Below are positions 20,661-29,868 of a stretch of DNA of 64,000 nt, in pieces (the stretch's first letter is position 1; each line of letters starts with the position of its first letter). Below the pieces are notes generated by a model that saw only the letters and a list, made by a program, of their open reading frames with translations, ran no database searches and was not told where the DNA came from. The DNA lies in the NCBI GenBank assembly GCA_035390885.1, contig DAOOUW010000007.1, forward strand, positions 84 through 64,083. The letters are read 5' to 3'. The position numbers and the translations under genes were made by a program. This DNA comes from Bacteroidota bacterium (GTDB taxonomy: Bacteria; Bacteroidota; Ignavibacteria; UBA10030).

Positions 20661-22091
20661 TTATTCTTCATTTGATGCAAATGGAAAGTATTCCTTTGCA
20701 TTATAGTAACAAATATTCGACACCATCGTTCCAATTAGTTCAATATCGTTCGGAATCAAGCCAGCTTCCATCTCACGTCCTAAAATTTTGCACAATAACC
20801 GTCGGAAATATTCATGGCGTGAGTACGATAAGAAACTCCGTGAGTCAGTAAGCATACCAACAAACTGTCCCAATATTCCCATATTCGAGAGAGCTTCAAT
20901 TTGCCTTTTCATTCCATCGAGTTGATCCAGAAACCACCAGGCAGCGCCATACTGAATCTTGCCAGGAATTTTTCCATCCTGAAAATTCCCTATCATTGTC
21001 GCCATCAACTCATTATCACGCGGATTAAGATTGTAGAGAATTGTTTTCGTAAGCTTATCCTGAGAATCGAGCCGATCTAAAAATTTTGCTAATGGTCGTG
21101 CAATTTCAAAATCGCCAATGGAATCGTATCCTGTATCGGGACCAAGAAGTTTTTTCATTCGGGAGTTATTATTCCGCAGCGCTCCTAAATGAAGCTGCTG
21201 AACCCATCCTCGCTCATAATCCATAATTCCAAATTCATACATCATTGCTGATTTGAATTTGCCAATTTCTTCTGGGGTCAGGGATTTGCCTTTCCGTGCA
21301 TTCTGAACAATTTTTTGAACTTCTTTTTCCGTGTAATCATCTGCATAGGCAGTTTCAATCCCATGGTCCGATAAGCGGCAGCCATTTTCGTGGAAATAGG
21401 AATGTCGAACACGAAGAGCATAGATGAGCGTTTCGAAATCTTTTATTTCACAATTTGCAGCAGCTTCTAATTTATCGATATATGCATTGAACGCATCGAT
21501 ATCTTCTACCGCCATTGCTTTATCAGGACGCCATGCTGGAATGAGTTTTGTCTTCGTTTTCTTTTTCGTGTTCTCTTTATATGCTTGATGATATTCCAAC
21601 GAATCAATCGGATCATCCGTCGTGCAGACAATTTCCACCTTCATTTTTTTAAGAATACCTTGAGTGGTAAAATCCTGCGTCGCTAATTTTGCATTACACT
21701 TTTCCCAAATTGTTTTCGCCGTGTCTTCGTTCAGCAACATTGTGTTGATGCCAAATGGCTTATTCAACTCAAGGTGAGTCCAGTGGAATAATGGATTGCG
21801 GATGGTCTTTGGAACTGTTCTTGCCCACATTTCGAATTTTTCCCAATCCGATGCAGCACCAGTAATATAGTATTCATCGACGCCACAGGTACGCATCGCA
21901 CGCCATTTGTAATGGTCGCCGGCTAACCAGATACGCATCATGTTTTCGAATTGTCGATCTTCAGCTACTTCTTTGGGAGGAATATGACAGTGATAATCAA
22001 TGATCGGCATCGGCTCGGCATACGTATGATAAAGTTGCGATGCTGTTTTTGTATCCAGCAAAAAATCAGGGTGCATAAATTGTTTCTTCAT
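20661..22091 (-). CDS. uxaC: Glucuronate isomerase
   Basis: [25 protein letters not shown], colinear with UxaC. The start is taken at the ATG at 22091; the track ORF extends to 22133. Confidence 0.9.
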   Translation of the reverse strand: MKKQFMHPDFLLDTKTASQLYHTYAEPMPIIDYHCHIPPKEVAEDRQFENMMRIWLAGDHYKWRAMRTCGVDEYYITGAASDWEKFEMWARTVPKTIRNPLFHWTHLELNKPFGINTMLLNEDTAKTIWEKCNAKLATQDFTTQGILKKMKVEIVCTTDDPIDSLEYHQAYKENTKKKTKTKLIPAWRPDKAMAVEDIDAFNAYIDKLEAAANCEIKDFETLIYALRVRHSYFHENGCRLSDHGIETAYADDYTEKEVQKIVQNARKGKSLTPEEIGKFKSAMMYEFGIMDYERGWVQQLHLGALRNNNSRMKKLLGPDTGYDSIGDFEIARPLAKFLDRLDSQDKLTKTILYNLNPRDNELMATMIGNFQDGKIPGKIQYGAAWWFLDQLDGMKRQIEALSNMGILGQFVGMLTDSRSFLSYSRHEYFRRLLCKILGREMEAGLIPNDIELIGTMVSNICYYNAKEYFPFASNEE

Positions 22092-22567
22092 AATATATCC
22101 CTTTATATTGTGGAAATTTCTATCTGCATTCAATCCTGTTACACAATTTGTTTTTTAGCTGCTTTCACCCGGCTCGCCGAATTGTTTCCAACCATCAGAT
22201 TGCCTTCAGAAGTGAATTATTACTTTCCAACAAATTATGATTTCAAAGCGCCATCGCTACATATTGCTCTATTCCATTGTGGAATATGCACGTCGTAAAG
22301 TATAACTATTTTTCTTTACCAATTCACATGGTAATATAAGTAATCGTCTGGAAAAATCGGCAACCAGTCCTTAGAAAATATTTGCAACTTGCTGGAGAAT
22401 AGAACATTCTTTTTCCTATTTTGGGATCGGCTAGAAATCTATTCTCGCTTCCGTTATAGAATTACTAAAGAGCGACAATTTACTTAAAGGACTGCTTCCT
22501 TCATCAACAACTGCAACACCGACATGATCGCGTGGATGAATTTGGATCACCTGACGACTCATAAGTA

Positions 22568-23527
22568 CTACACCTGAGCAAGATGAATTGCAAATCCGCC
22601 AATCTCGATATCGAGATAGACTGTCTGAAGCTTTCCGTCCTTCTCATTCTTTGTTTCAGGCTTGATACCGATGCCTTTACGACTGAGATATGCAACCGCT
22701 CGTTCAATCGAATTCGTTCCAATTGCAATGTGTCCGTGAGCTCCAAGATACTGCCGTTTTAATACTTCGAACTGAGCCCCGACAAAAATGGAACCTGTTG
22801 TAACATTCATCGGGAATCCAACTATGTTGAAAAGCTGTCCGGCAACATTCTCTGCTTCTTTTGCATCGGCTGTGTTAATACCTACATGGCGAAGTGAAAA
22901 GTTTAACATTTTGTTTATAGCTTGTGTTGCTCGACGAGTGATTTCATCATACTGATTATTTTTCAGTAAATCAGGTTTCACCATCCAGCTTCCGCCGCAT
23001 GCAAGAACACGAGAAAAACTTAAATAATTATTGAGATTGGTCTCATCGATACCACCCGTTGGAATAAATGAAACCGAACGGAATGGACCGCTGATCGCTT
23101 TTAGATATTCAATCCCGCCATTTGCTTCAGCAGGAAAAAATTTGACAACATCAAGACCATACTCAACTGCACGACTCAATTCCGACGACGTTGCAATCCC
23201 TGGCGTTATAGGAATATTTTCTTTCAGGCAATATTCTACAATTGTTGGGTTTAGACCTGGTGTAACAATAAATTGTGCACCGGCGCCCCGTGCAGCTTTA
23301 ACCTGCTCAATCGTCAATACCGTTCCAGCGCCTAATAACATCTCAGGGAATGTTTTTGCAATGCGCTCTATTGATTCACGCGCAGCTGTTGTACGAAATG
23401 TGACTTCTGCTGCCGGCAATCCGCCTTTCATCAACGCATCCGCAAGCGGTTCTGCATCATCGGCTCTTTCTAAAACAATAACCGGTAAAATTCCAATTTG
23501 CCCAATTCTTGTGAATATCTCTTTCAT
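22568..23527 (-). CDS. eda: KDPG/KHG aldolase (Eda) fused to a ~105-aa C-terminal VOC/glyoxalase-like domain
   Basis: Residues 1-~205 match Eda (ILPVIV.., EVTFRT, GAGTVL, VKFFPA, TGGI). Residues ~210-319 (LRHVGINTAD...GHIAIGTN..IHLAQV) are an extra domain that most Eda proteins lack. Confidence 0.8.
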   Translation of the reverse strand: MKEIFTRIGQIGILPVIVLERADDAEPLADALMKGGLPAAEVTFRTTAARESIERIAKTFPEMLLGAGTVLTIEQVKAARGAGAQFIVTPGLNPTIVEYCLKENIPITPGIATSSELSRAVEYGLDVVKFFPAEANGGIEYLKAISGPFRSVSFIPTGGIDETNLNNYLSFSRVLACGGSWMVKPDLLKNNQYDEITRRATQAINKMLNFSLRHVGINTADAKEAENVAGQLFNIVGFPMNVTTGSIFVGAQFEVLKRQYLGAHGHIAIGTNSIERAVAYLSRKGIGIKPETKNEKDGKLQTVYLDIEIGGFAIHLAQV

Positions 23528-23550
23528 ACTTTTCCCTTCATAATAAAATG

Positions 23551-24384
23551 CTACAGCAACTCTTTCATCGAGAATCCATCCATATCTTCGAATACTTGAT
23601 TCTCACCGCCCATAGCCCAGATAAAACTATAATTTTTCGTACCAGCGCCAGCATGGATTGACCAAATAGGGGAAAGCACTGCTTGTTCATTTCTCATAAT
23701 TATATGCTTTGTTTCAGAAGGTTTTCCCATCAAATGAACAACGAGCGAATCTGGATCGAGATTAAAATACATATACACTTCCGAACGTCGCTGGTGCGTA
23801 TGCGGCGGCATTGTATTCCAAACGCTTCCTTCCGCAAGCTCTGTCAATCCCATCACCAATTGGCAACTTTTGACTCCGCGAACATGGAAGTAGCGATTGA
23901 TCACTCTATCATTTGCTGTTGCAAGACTTCCTAAATGTTCGTGTTCAGCTTGTTCTATTGTAACATGGGTCGTCGGATATTCTCTATGGGCAGGATAGCT
24001 TACAAAATAGAATTTTGCCGGCTGTTCCTTACTTGCGCTTGCAAATATTATTTCTCGTGAACCACGCGAAATATACAAGCCATCTTTATGAGCCATTGAG
24101 TACGATGTTCCATCGACTGTGATTGTACCTTTGCCGCCAATGTTGATAACTCCAATTTCTCGGCGTTCTGTAAAATACTCCGCAGCCATTTCTTTCTTAC
24201 TGCTCTGTAACTGAAGAGAACTTTTTACCGGAACCGCTGAGCCAGTGATAGAACGATCGATATCGGAATAAACCATTGGAATTGTATCCGGTGCAAATAA
24301 TGTATCGATGACAAAAAGTTTCCGTACCTCTTCGGTTGACATATGCCGAAGACTGTTTGGATCAGTTGAAAAACGTACTTCCAT
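23551..24384 (-). CDS. kduI: 5-dehydro-4-deoxy-D-glucuronate isomerase
   Basis: Near full-length colinearity with KduI (GVINIGG.GTITVDG, MGLTEL..G.WNTMPPHTH.RR.EVY.YF). Alternative start at 24393. Confidence 0.9.
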   Translation of the reverse strand: MEVRFSTDPNSLRHMSTEEVRKLFVIDTLFAPDTIPMVYSDIDRSITGSAVPVKSSLQLQSSKKEMAAEYFTERREIGVINIGGKGTITVDGTSYSMAHKDGLYISRGSREIIFASASKEQPAKFYFVSYPAHREYPTTHVTIEQAEHEHLGSLATANDRVINRYFHVRGVKSCQLVMGLTELAEGSVWNTMPPHTHQRRSEVYMYFNLDPDSLVVHLMGKPSETKHIIMRNEQAVLSPIWSIHAGAGTKNYSFIWAMGGENQVFEDMDGFSMKELL

Positions 24385-24399
24385 CGTTACCATCCTTTC

Positions 24400-25665
24400 T
24401 TACTTATTCCCAATGAATAGCGGCTTTATATGACGATCGAACAAATTCTCTATTACATTCGATTCAATAACCTGGCGCGCAGATTTAAGCGCCGAGATGT
24501 ACTCATCTCCCATTTCTGCCGCTACACGGAATGAAATATGAACAAGTTGACGAAAATCTTTGTTGAACTTTGGATCCTTTTGATTGTGCTTCAACGTACT
24601 CACAAACTCTTCTGAACTCCATTTGGCAACATCTGCGGGCTTCGGTAAATTGCTAACATTGATATCAACAACGGTTTCATAAGGTTTTCTGAGTTCTTCG
24701 ATTCGCTCATACGCCTGACTATAAATTTTCTTCGCAATCTGCAAACCTTGAGCATCCGCCGCAAGTCCAATCACTTCTTCCAGCCAGGTCGTGCCTGCCG
24801 TTTTCAAATGCACGCCGGCATTATATTTCATAAGATGTTCGTGGATATGTGGATAGAGTGAAAATTTATCGCTGCCAGAGTGGACTGAGAGTTTCAATTC
24901 TTCCGGCAAATAGAATTTTTCTTTTGCAATATCGATAACAGCGATATCGCTACGGAATTCGCGCGAGAATGCATTCACATCGCCAACATAATCAATGCCT
25001 TTGAGAAATTCTCCTGAAAATTTCGGAGCAACTGTCTGCACTTTTACTCCGTAATGCGCAAGTCCCGCCAGGAAAAGATACAATTCAGGCGGCGTTTGAG
25101 GCTGTGTTGCTTCATCGACAGATACTTCTGTAATAAATTTCCCATCGCCTTTGCGATCTTTGATATATTCATAAATTCTTACAGCTTCAAGTAGTCCAGC
25201 AAGGTACTTTTGTGTAAACCGATGTAAATCCTCATTTGTAAGAGTGATCTCAGCATCCAGCGCAGGATGTTTCAATGCGCCTAATGCAGGCTGGAGAATC
25301 TCGATAAATTTTTTGCTTTCGCCTTCGCTTGCCGGTCTTCCAATAAAATCCGCAACATCGAGAGTAAAGAAATTGCAATCGGCAAGAAAACGGTCAACTG
25401 TTTTAATCCCAATATGATCGGCATCGACAAAATATGGCAATTTCCAATTCTCGGATTTTACAGCTTCATCGGCTTCAGTCCGCGTCGATGATGGCTCGGT
25501 GCCAATAATTGTATGCTCTCGATTGGATTTGTTCCAGACAGGAATCACTTCAACGCCATAATCTAAGGCTTTTTTCATCGCTCTTACTTGAGCTTTCCCT
25601 TCCATACCAAACCGATCGCCAATTCCCATCGAAAAACGTCCTAATTTCAATCTTGCATTGTCCAT
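24400..25665 (-). CDS. uxaE: Tagaturonate/fructuronate epimerase (UxaE)-like protein
   Basis: 421 aa. N-terminal GIGDRFG motif and DADH motif resemble the UxaE family. Lies next to kduI and uxaC. Assignment made from memory of family motifs only. Confidence 0.5.
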   Translation of the reverse strand: MDNARLKLGRFSMGIGDRFGMEGKAQVRAMKKALDYGVEVIPVWNKSNREHTIIGTEPSSTRTEADEAVKSENWKLPYFVDADHIGIKTVDRFLADCNFFTLDVADFIGRPASEGESKKFIEILQPALGALKHPALDAEITLTNEDLHRFTQKYLAGLLEAVRIYEYIKDRKGDGKFITEVSVDEATQPQTPPELYLFLAGLAHYGVKVQTVAPKFSGEFLKGIDYVGDVNAFSREFRSDIAVIDIAKEKFYLPEELKLSVHSGSDKFSLYPHIHEHLMKYNAGVHLKTAGTTWLEEVIGLAADAQGLQIAKKIYSQAYERIEELRKPYETVVDINVSNLPKPADVAKWSSEEFVSTLKHNQKDPKFNKDFRQLVHISFRVAAEMGDEYISALKSARQVIESNVIENLFDRHIKPLFIGNK

Positions 25666-25964
25666 ATTCTTTACCCTTTCATTTTAAGATGAATAGAATG
25701 CGAATAACAAAGTAATTTATTCGCTGGTAATTACAGCAAAAATTTTTGTTGCATTGATTATGAAAATATTTCCAGAAAAACACAGCGCCAATAATGCTAC
25801 TGCCACTAACGTGTGTTTAAGATACAACTAAATAGTGTTTTTTTCTACAAAAATTAGAAAAATATTTACACTTCTTTTATGATTTGAGGGATTACTCTGG
25901 AAGAAATTTAGATACCAAATCTTACTCTCACAAATGGATGATACTTCGATGGAACGAAGTAAAC

Positions 25965-27668
25965 TTATTTGAGTATCATAATGCGATGAGTAGTACGAGC
26001 GCCATTCCATTCCATTACACAATAATATACGCCCGATGGAAAACGACTGCCATCGAATGGAATAGTTACTACTCCTTGTGCATTGACATTGCCTTCGAAT
26101 AAAGTACACACTTTTTGACCAATTGTGTTGTATAAATTCAAAGTCGCGCGACCGCTAAGTGGAACCACAAACTCAATTTTTGTACTTGGATTGCAGGGAT
26201 TGGGATAATTTGAAATAATTGGGTTCTCGACATTTCGTTCTATTTTTACTTCAATAACATTCGAGTAGTTGATGCTTCCATCTCCATCTATTTGCCGAAG
26301 CCGATATTGAAAACTTCCTGAAGTTACATCTTTATCAACAAATGAATAAGAATGAGGAATAGCAGAGGTTCCCGATCCTTGCGCAAAGCCAATTTTCTCC
26401 CACTCATCATTCCTTTCTTTCTTTCGCTCGATGTCAAATCCAATACAGAATGTTTCAGTGGCTGTTTTCCATTCAATAAGTACTCCGCCGCTTTGCACAG
26501 TAGCGTGGAATGTCGTAAGCTCGACCGGTAAAACTCCTTTTCCATCTTCTGTTCCATAAGAGACATCGTGCGGCAATCGTGTCGAGACGAGACGATATTT
26601 TGGATCTCCAATCACAACATCCATCCAGGAAATCGAAGGCGCTGATGCAAAGAATGATTCCGCTACCGTGTAACCATCCCCATACATCTGAAAGAGAATG
26701 CTTACATCCGTCATTGCGCTGGAATATGGTTCATACACATATCCTTTAACGGCAGAAGCTCCCTCAGCAATCAAATCCGCTACAAGAGATTGTCCGTACG
26801 TTGGGGGATAATTAAATGTGCGCCCAGAGGTTGATACATACGTTTCCGCAATTGCCCCCGGAAGCCATGTAAAATGTGGAATTGCATTAGTTGTGTACAA
26901 AGATTGATTCCGATCGTTACTTCCCCAGCTTACATAACCAAGCACATTTGTTATATTCGTCAGGAACTGTGTTGTTGTATCCAACACCGTTGAACATTGA
27001 CGACTTTGTAATTGAAGAGCCGCTTTTTGCATGTTAGTATTTAAGTACAGAATCGACGAATTCCATGTTGGATCTTGATCAAACACAAATTGAGCATTCG
27101 ATGGAATTGTAGCTGGAATGTTAGCGGTAGCCTCGACGTATCGAAGGATATCCTCTGCGCTATATCCATCCAAACGAGTAACAAGATAAATTCCATACTT
27201 CGCTCTGGAAAAGTCATCGCTCTTTTTATAGTATGGCGAAATACTTCTGCCCACCGTTCCTATCATCGTTGCATATTGACCAAGGATAAGCATAAGCTCG
27301 CTTTCCACTGAAGCATTTGCAGAGCTATTAGTATGAGACACTTTAAGAGGCATTCCTTTAGTTGTTACAAGATAATTTATGCTGTCCTTTAAATTCCGAC
27401 TGATAAGAATTGCCTCTACCTGTTGACGCAAATTTTCAAAGGTAATACTATCGATTTCTTCATTCGTCGAAGTTGCAATACGAATAATGTTGTTTTCTGG
27501 AATCCCTCGATGCTCTGCGAAGTAAGTTCCAATTTGTTCCGATATCTCACTATTTTGATTTATGATAACAGCTACATCTCGATACGTTGCAGTTTGACCA
27601 TTGCAAACATTCCATAGTGCAACGAGCGTCAACAATAATACAAATTTCTGTTTCCAAAGCGCTAACAT
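25965..27668 (-). CDS. Secreted protein (TIGR03790-like N-domain) with T9SS C-terminal sorting domain
   Basis: Signal peptide MLALWKQKFVLLLTLVALWNVCNGQ. The C-terminal ~80 aa (NYPNPCNPSTKIEF...LNLYNTIGQKV...GVYYCVME...ILK) match the Por/T9SS CTD pattern. Confidence 0.7.
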   Translation of the reverse strand: MLALWKQKFVLLLTLVALWNVCNGQTATYRDVAVIINQNSEISEQIGTYFAEHRGIPENNIIRIATSTNEEIDSITFENLRQQVEAILISRNLKDSINYLVTTKGMPLKVSHTNSSANASVESELMLILGQYATMIGTVGRSISPYYKKSDDFSRAKYGIYLVTRLDGYSAEDILRYVEATANIPATIPSNAQFVFDQDPTWNSSILYLNTNMQKAALQLQSRQCSTVLDTTTQFLTNITNVLGYVSWGSNDRNQSLYTTNAIPHFTWLPGAIAETYVSTSGRTFNYPPTYGQSLVADLIAEGASAVKGYVYEPYSSAMTDVSILFQMYGDGYTVAESFFASAPSISWMDVVIGDPKYRLVSTRLPHDVSYGTEDGKGVLPVELTTFHATVQSGGVLIEWKTATETFCIGFDIERKKERNDEWEKIGFAQGSGTSAIPHSYSFVDKDVTSGSFQYRLRQIDGDGSINYSNVIEVKIERNVENPIISNYPNPCNPSTKIEFVVPLSGRATLNLYNTIGQKVCTLFEGNVNAQGVVTIPFDGSRFPSGVYYCVMEWNGARTTHRIMILK

Positions 27669-27949
27669 AACTTTTCATTCCCTTTCGGAATGAGAATTCT
27701 TCAAGCGCTTTGCCAAATTATGCGCAAAGTGGAATTTGAACGGATGCTTATAGAATTTCTATTTTTAGCACAAAATCAAAAGAAAAGGATGAGTTATGAA
27801 GACAAGATGGCACTCGATAAATCCGTAGAATTTGTATTTTCTACAATCTATTGCACTTCAAAATTGGAAGATGAGATAGGAAGTTGAAACAGAGATGTTC
27901 TTAAGAATATTTTCGAGAAAAATTTTGCTTCCACTTGTTTGAGAGACGG

Positions 27950-28284
27950 AGAGTTACAATGTGACTGTCGCTACACCTTCTACTGTCTCTGTTATCTGAG
28001 TTATGCGTCCAAGCGAGTCTCGCTCATACGCCGTCTGAAAGACGACGCTACTATTACTTCGCTGTATAACCGCGAAGCTCGCCAGGTGTATTATAACTCT
28101 TACTCGTGGTTACATTCCCGTATTCATCATAATCAAAACGAGAGATTATCTCTCCGCTAGTTGCATTTATGACCATCCTTGGACTCCCTAAATGATCCGT
28201 CGCTACTCGGTAGATAGCGCCTGATTTTACTATATACTCAGATACATTCTCCTTCGTTGCATAGACGAAAACTGATGACATCAT
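27950..28284 (-). pseudogene. Chimeric, decayed RHS core relic at the distal end of the array
   Basis: ..[25 protein letters not shown] is joined directly to TSKSYNTPGELRGYTAK, followed by TAA-TAG-TAG. After a frameshift it reads ..ERDSLGRITQITETVEGVATV. In the main gene the second segment lies upstream of the first. Confidence 0.6.
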
Positions 28285-28799
28285 TATCTCAAATTTATAG
28301 GATTTTCCTCATCTGTACACCATCGCATCGGATTGTTTACAATATAGTCCCGTATATTCTCCAATTCCTTATCACTGCGAATTATCCGATCATAAAACCG
28401 TGTCTGCCAACGAAAATAATTCCATCCATTACGTCTGCATATTGTTGTAACTGCTGCCTTATATGTTCTGATAATTACAGATATTGTTCCCTTCCGGGGC
28501 GATAACCTTGTAGGGACGTTCAATTGAACGTCCCTACCTGATTCCTTGATTATTATTATTCCGTGAACATGGTTCGGCATAATTGCATATTCATCTAATT
28601 CTACATTCGAGAAATGTTTAGGTATATCTAACCAGCATTGCTGTGCTATCTCTCCCATGAATGTTAATTTCACCTCTCCCTCTCTGACATCCCCCAGAAA
28701 ACATTCACGATTATATGTACATATTGTTACAAAATATTCACCAGGATTTGCATAATCGTAATCTCTTAAGCGTATTATTTTCCGTTGTCGTGCTATCAT
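28284..28799 (-). CDS. REP-associated tyrosine transposase (RAYT) / IS200-like Y1 HUH transposase family protein
   Basis: 171 aa. GEYFVTICTYNRE.., HUH motif NHVHGIIII, C-terminal ..RFYDRIIR.. helix region. Inserted between two RHS fragments. Confidence 0.75.
   Translation of the reverse strand: MIARQRKIIRLRDYDYANPGEYFVTICTYNRECFLGDVREGEVKLTFMGEIAQQCWLDIPKHFSNVELDEYAIMPNHVHGIIIIKESGRDVQLNVPTRLSPRKGTISVIIRTYKAAVTTICRRNGWNYFRWQTRFYDRIIRSDKELENIRDYIVNNPMRWCTDEENPINLR
28510..28537. repeat. Perfect 28-nt palindrome GTAGGGACGTTCAATTGAACGTCCCTAC inside the RAYT coding sequence
   Basis: Read directly from the sequence. The arms are 14 nt with no mismatch and start with GTAG. It encodes the GRDVQLNVPT segment just after the HUH motif. 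Confidence 0.9.
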
Positions 28800-28830
28800 C
28801 CTTTGCCTTTAAACACCTATCCACCTTTTT

Positions 28831-29557
28831 TCAATCGTAATCCCTCGCACCAAATCTTGTTAGCTTTGTCTGGCTGTCATACAAACCACCTGTCCCGCTA
28901 AAAAACAGCGGGATTTCGGTCTTGTTATAGTTTATAATTGTGACCTCAACATAACCAAATGGCTGGAAATCGGGGTTGGTATTGTAAGTTACGTTTCCAT
29001 ATTCATCGTAGTCAATCCGTTGTGAAACACTTCCATTAGAGGCATTCACAACAAGTCTAATACTTCCTAAGTGATCAGTAATCAACCTATAGATTGTATT
29101 ACTCTTTATCATATATCCGCCTGCAAATCTTGCTGTGATGTTTCCTGTGCTATCGAGTTCGGCTACCGGCGTTAGCTGTCCTGAGTATATCCACTTCTTA
29201 ACTATCTGTCCGTTGAGCTTCTTGCCTATCCTCCGATTCTGGCCATCTATAATGTAATCAATTCTGTCTTTGTTCGGTAGAATGACTGTTATCAAATTTC
29301 CAAAGTAATCGTAGGTGTATCGTGTCGTGTCGCTTCCTTCTACTTTCATCCTCAACTCAACGTTTGGTGTGTAGAGATATTGAGTAGATGAGATGTTGAG
29401 ATTTTGAGTAGTTGAGATTGAGAGAAGCCGATCTTGCGCGTCATAAACACCAGAGTCAACCTTGGTTGGTGTCCAATGACTCAATCTGTTCCCATTGGCA
29501 TCCTAGGTATATTCAGATAATAGCGTGGCGTTCTTCCAAAATATCTCTAACTCGCCA
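28831..29557 (-). pseudogene. Orphan RHS core cassette 5, toxin tip lost
   Basis: Homologous to the main gene from ..FWKNATLLSEYT to ..TRFGARDYD. There is an in-frame TAG at 29500-29502 (EYT*DANGNRLSHWTP). The cassette is cut off at RDYD, 31 nt before the RAYT start. It carries the 63-nt hairpin segment at 28891-28953. Confidence 0.7.
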
Positions 29558-29603
29558 ACTTTGGTGCAACAATATTTATTTATTGAAGAAAAACAAGCAT
29601 TTT

Positions 29604-29843
29604 CTAATAAAAACTTATTATAAACATTATCATTGATATTAATCCACAAAATAAAGTTATAATAATGCCTCTTTTCCAATATTTCCAACCTTTTTCAGTA
29701 AAATATTCCCTCTTTGCAAATGGTCCCATAACTAATACTTGTGAAATAGTTATATTTTCAGATAGGAAAGAAAAAGATCTAAACTGTAAGAAAATTCCAA
29801 ATCCTCCGCCAATTATCAAAACCATAAAACTTACTATCTCCAT
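29604..29843 (-). CDS. Small multi-TM protein, candidate immunity for cassette 4
   Basis: 79 aa from the ATG at 29843 (GGAG upstream), with 2-3 TM helices. Lies immediately downstream of the glycine-rich toxin ORF. Confidence 0.45.
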   Translation of the reverse strand: MEIVSFMVLIIGGGFGIFLQFRSFSFLSENITISQVLVMGPFAKREYFTEKGWKYWKRGIIITLFCGLISMIMFIISFY

Positions 29844-29868
29844 ATTAATCTCCAATTTTTTTCTCAAT

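Noticed and set aside
25828-26109. 93-aa minus ORF and 72-aa plus ORF overlapping the 3' end of the T9SS-sorted protein gene
   Set aside because: They lie in alternative frames of the confident 567-aa gene, and neither has a ribosome-binding site or recognisable motifs.
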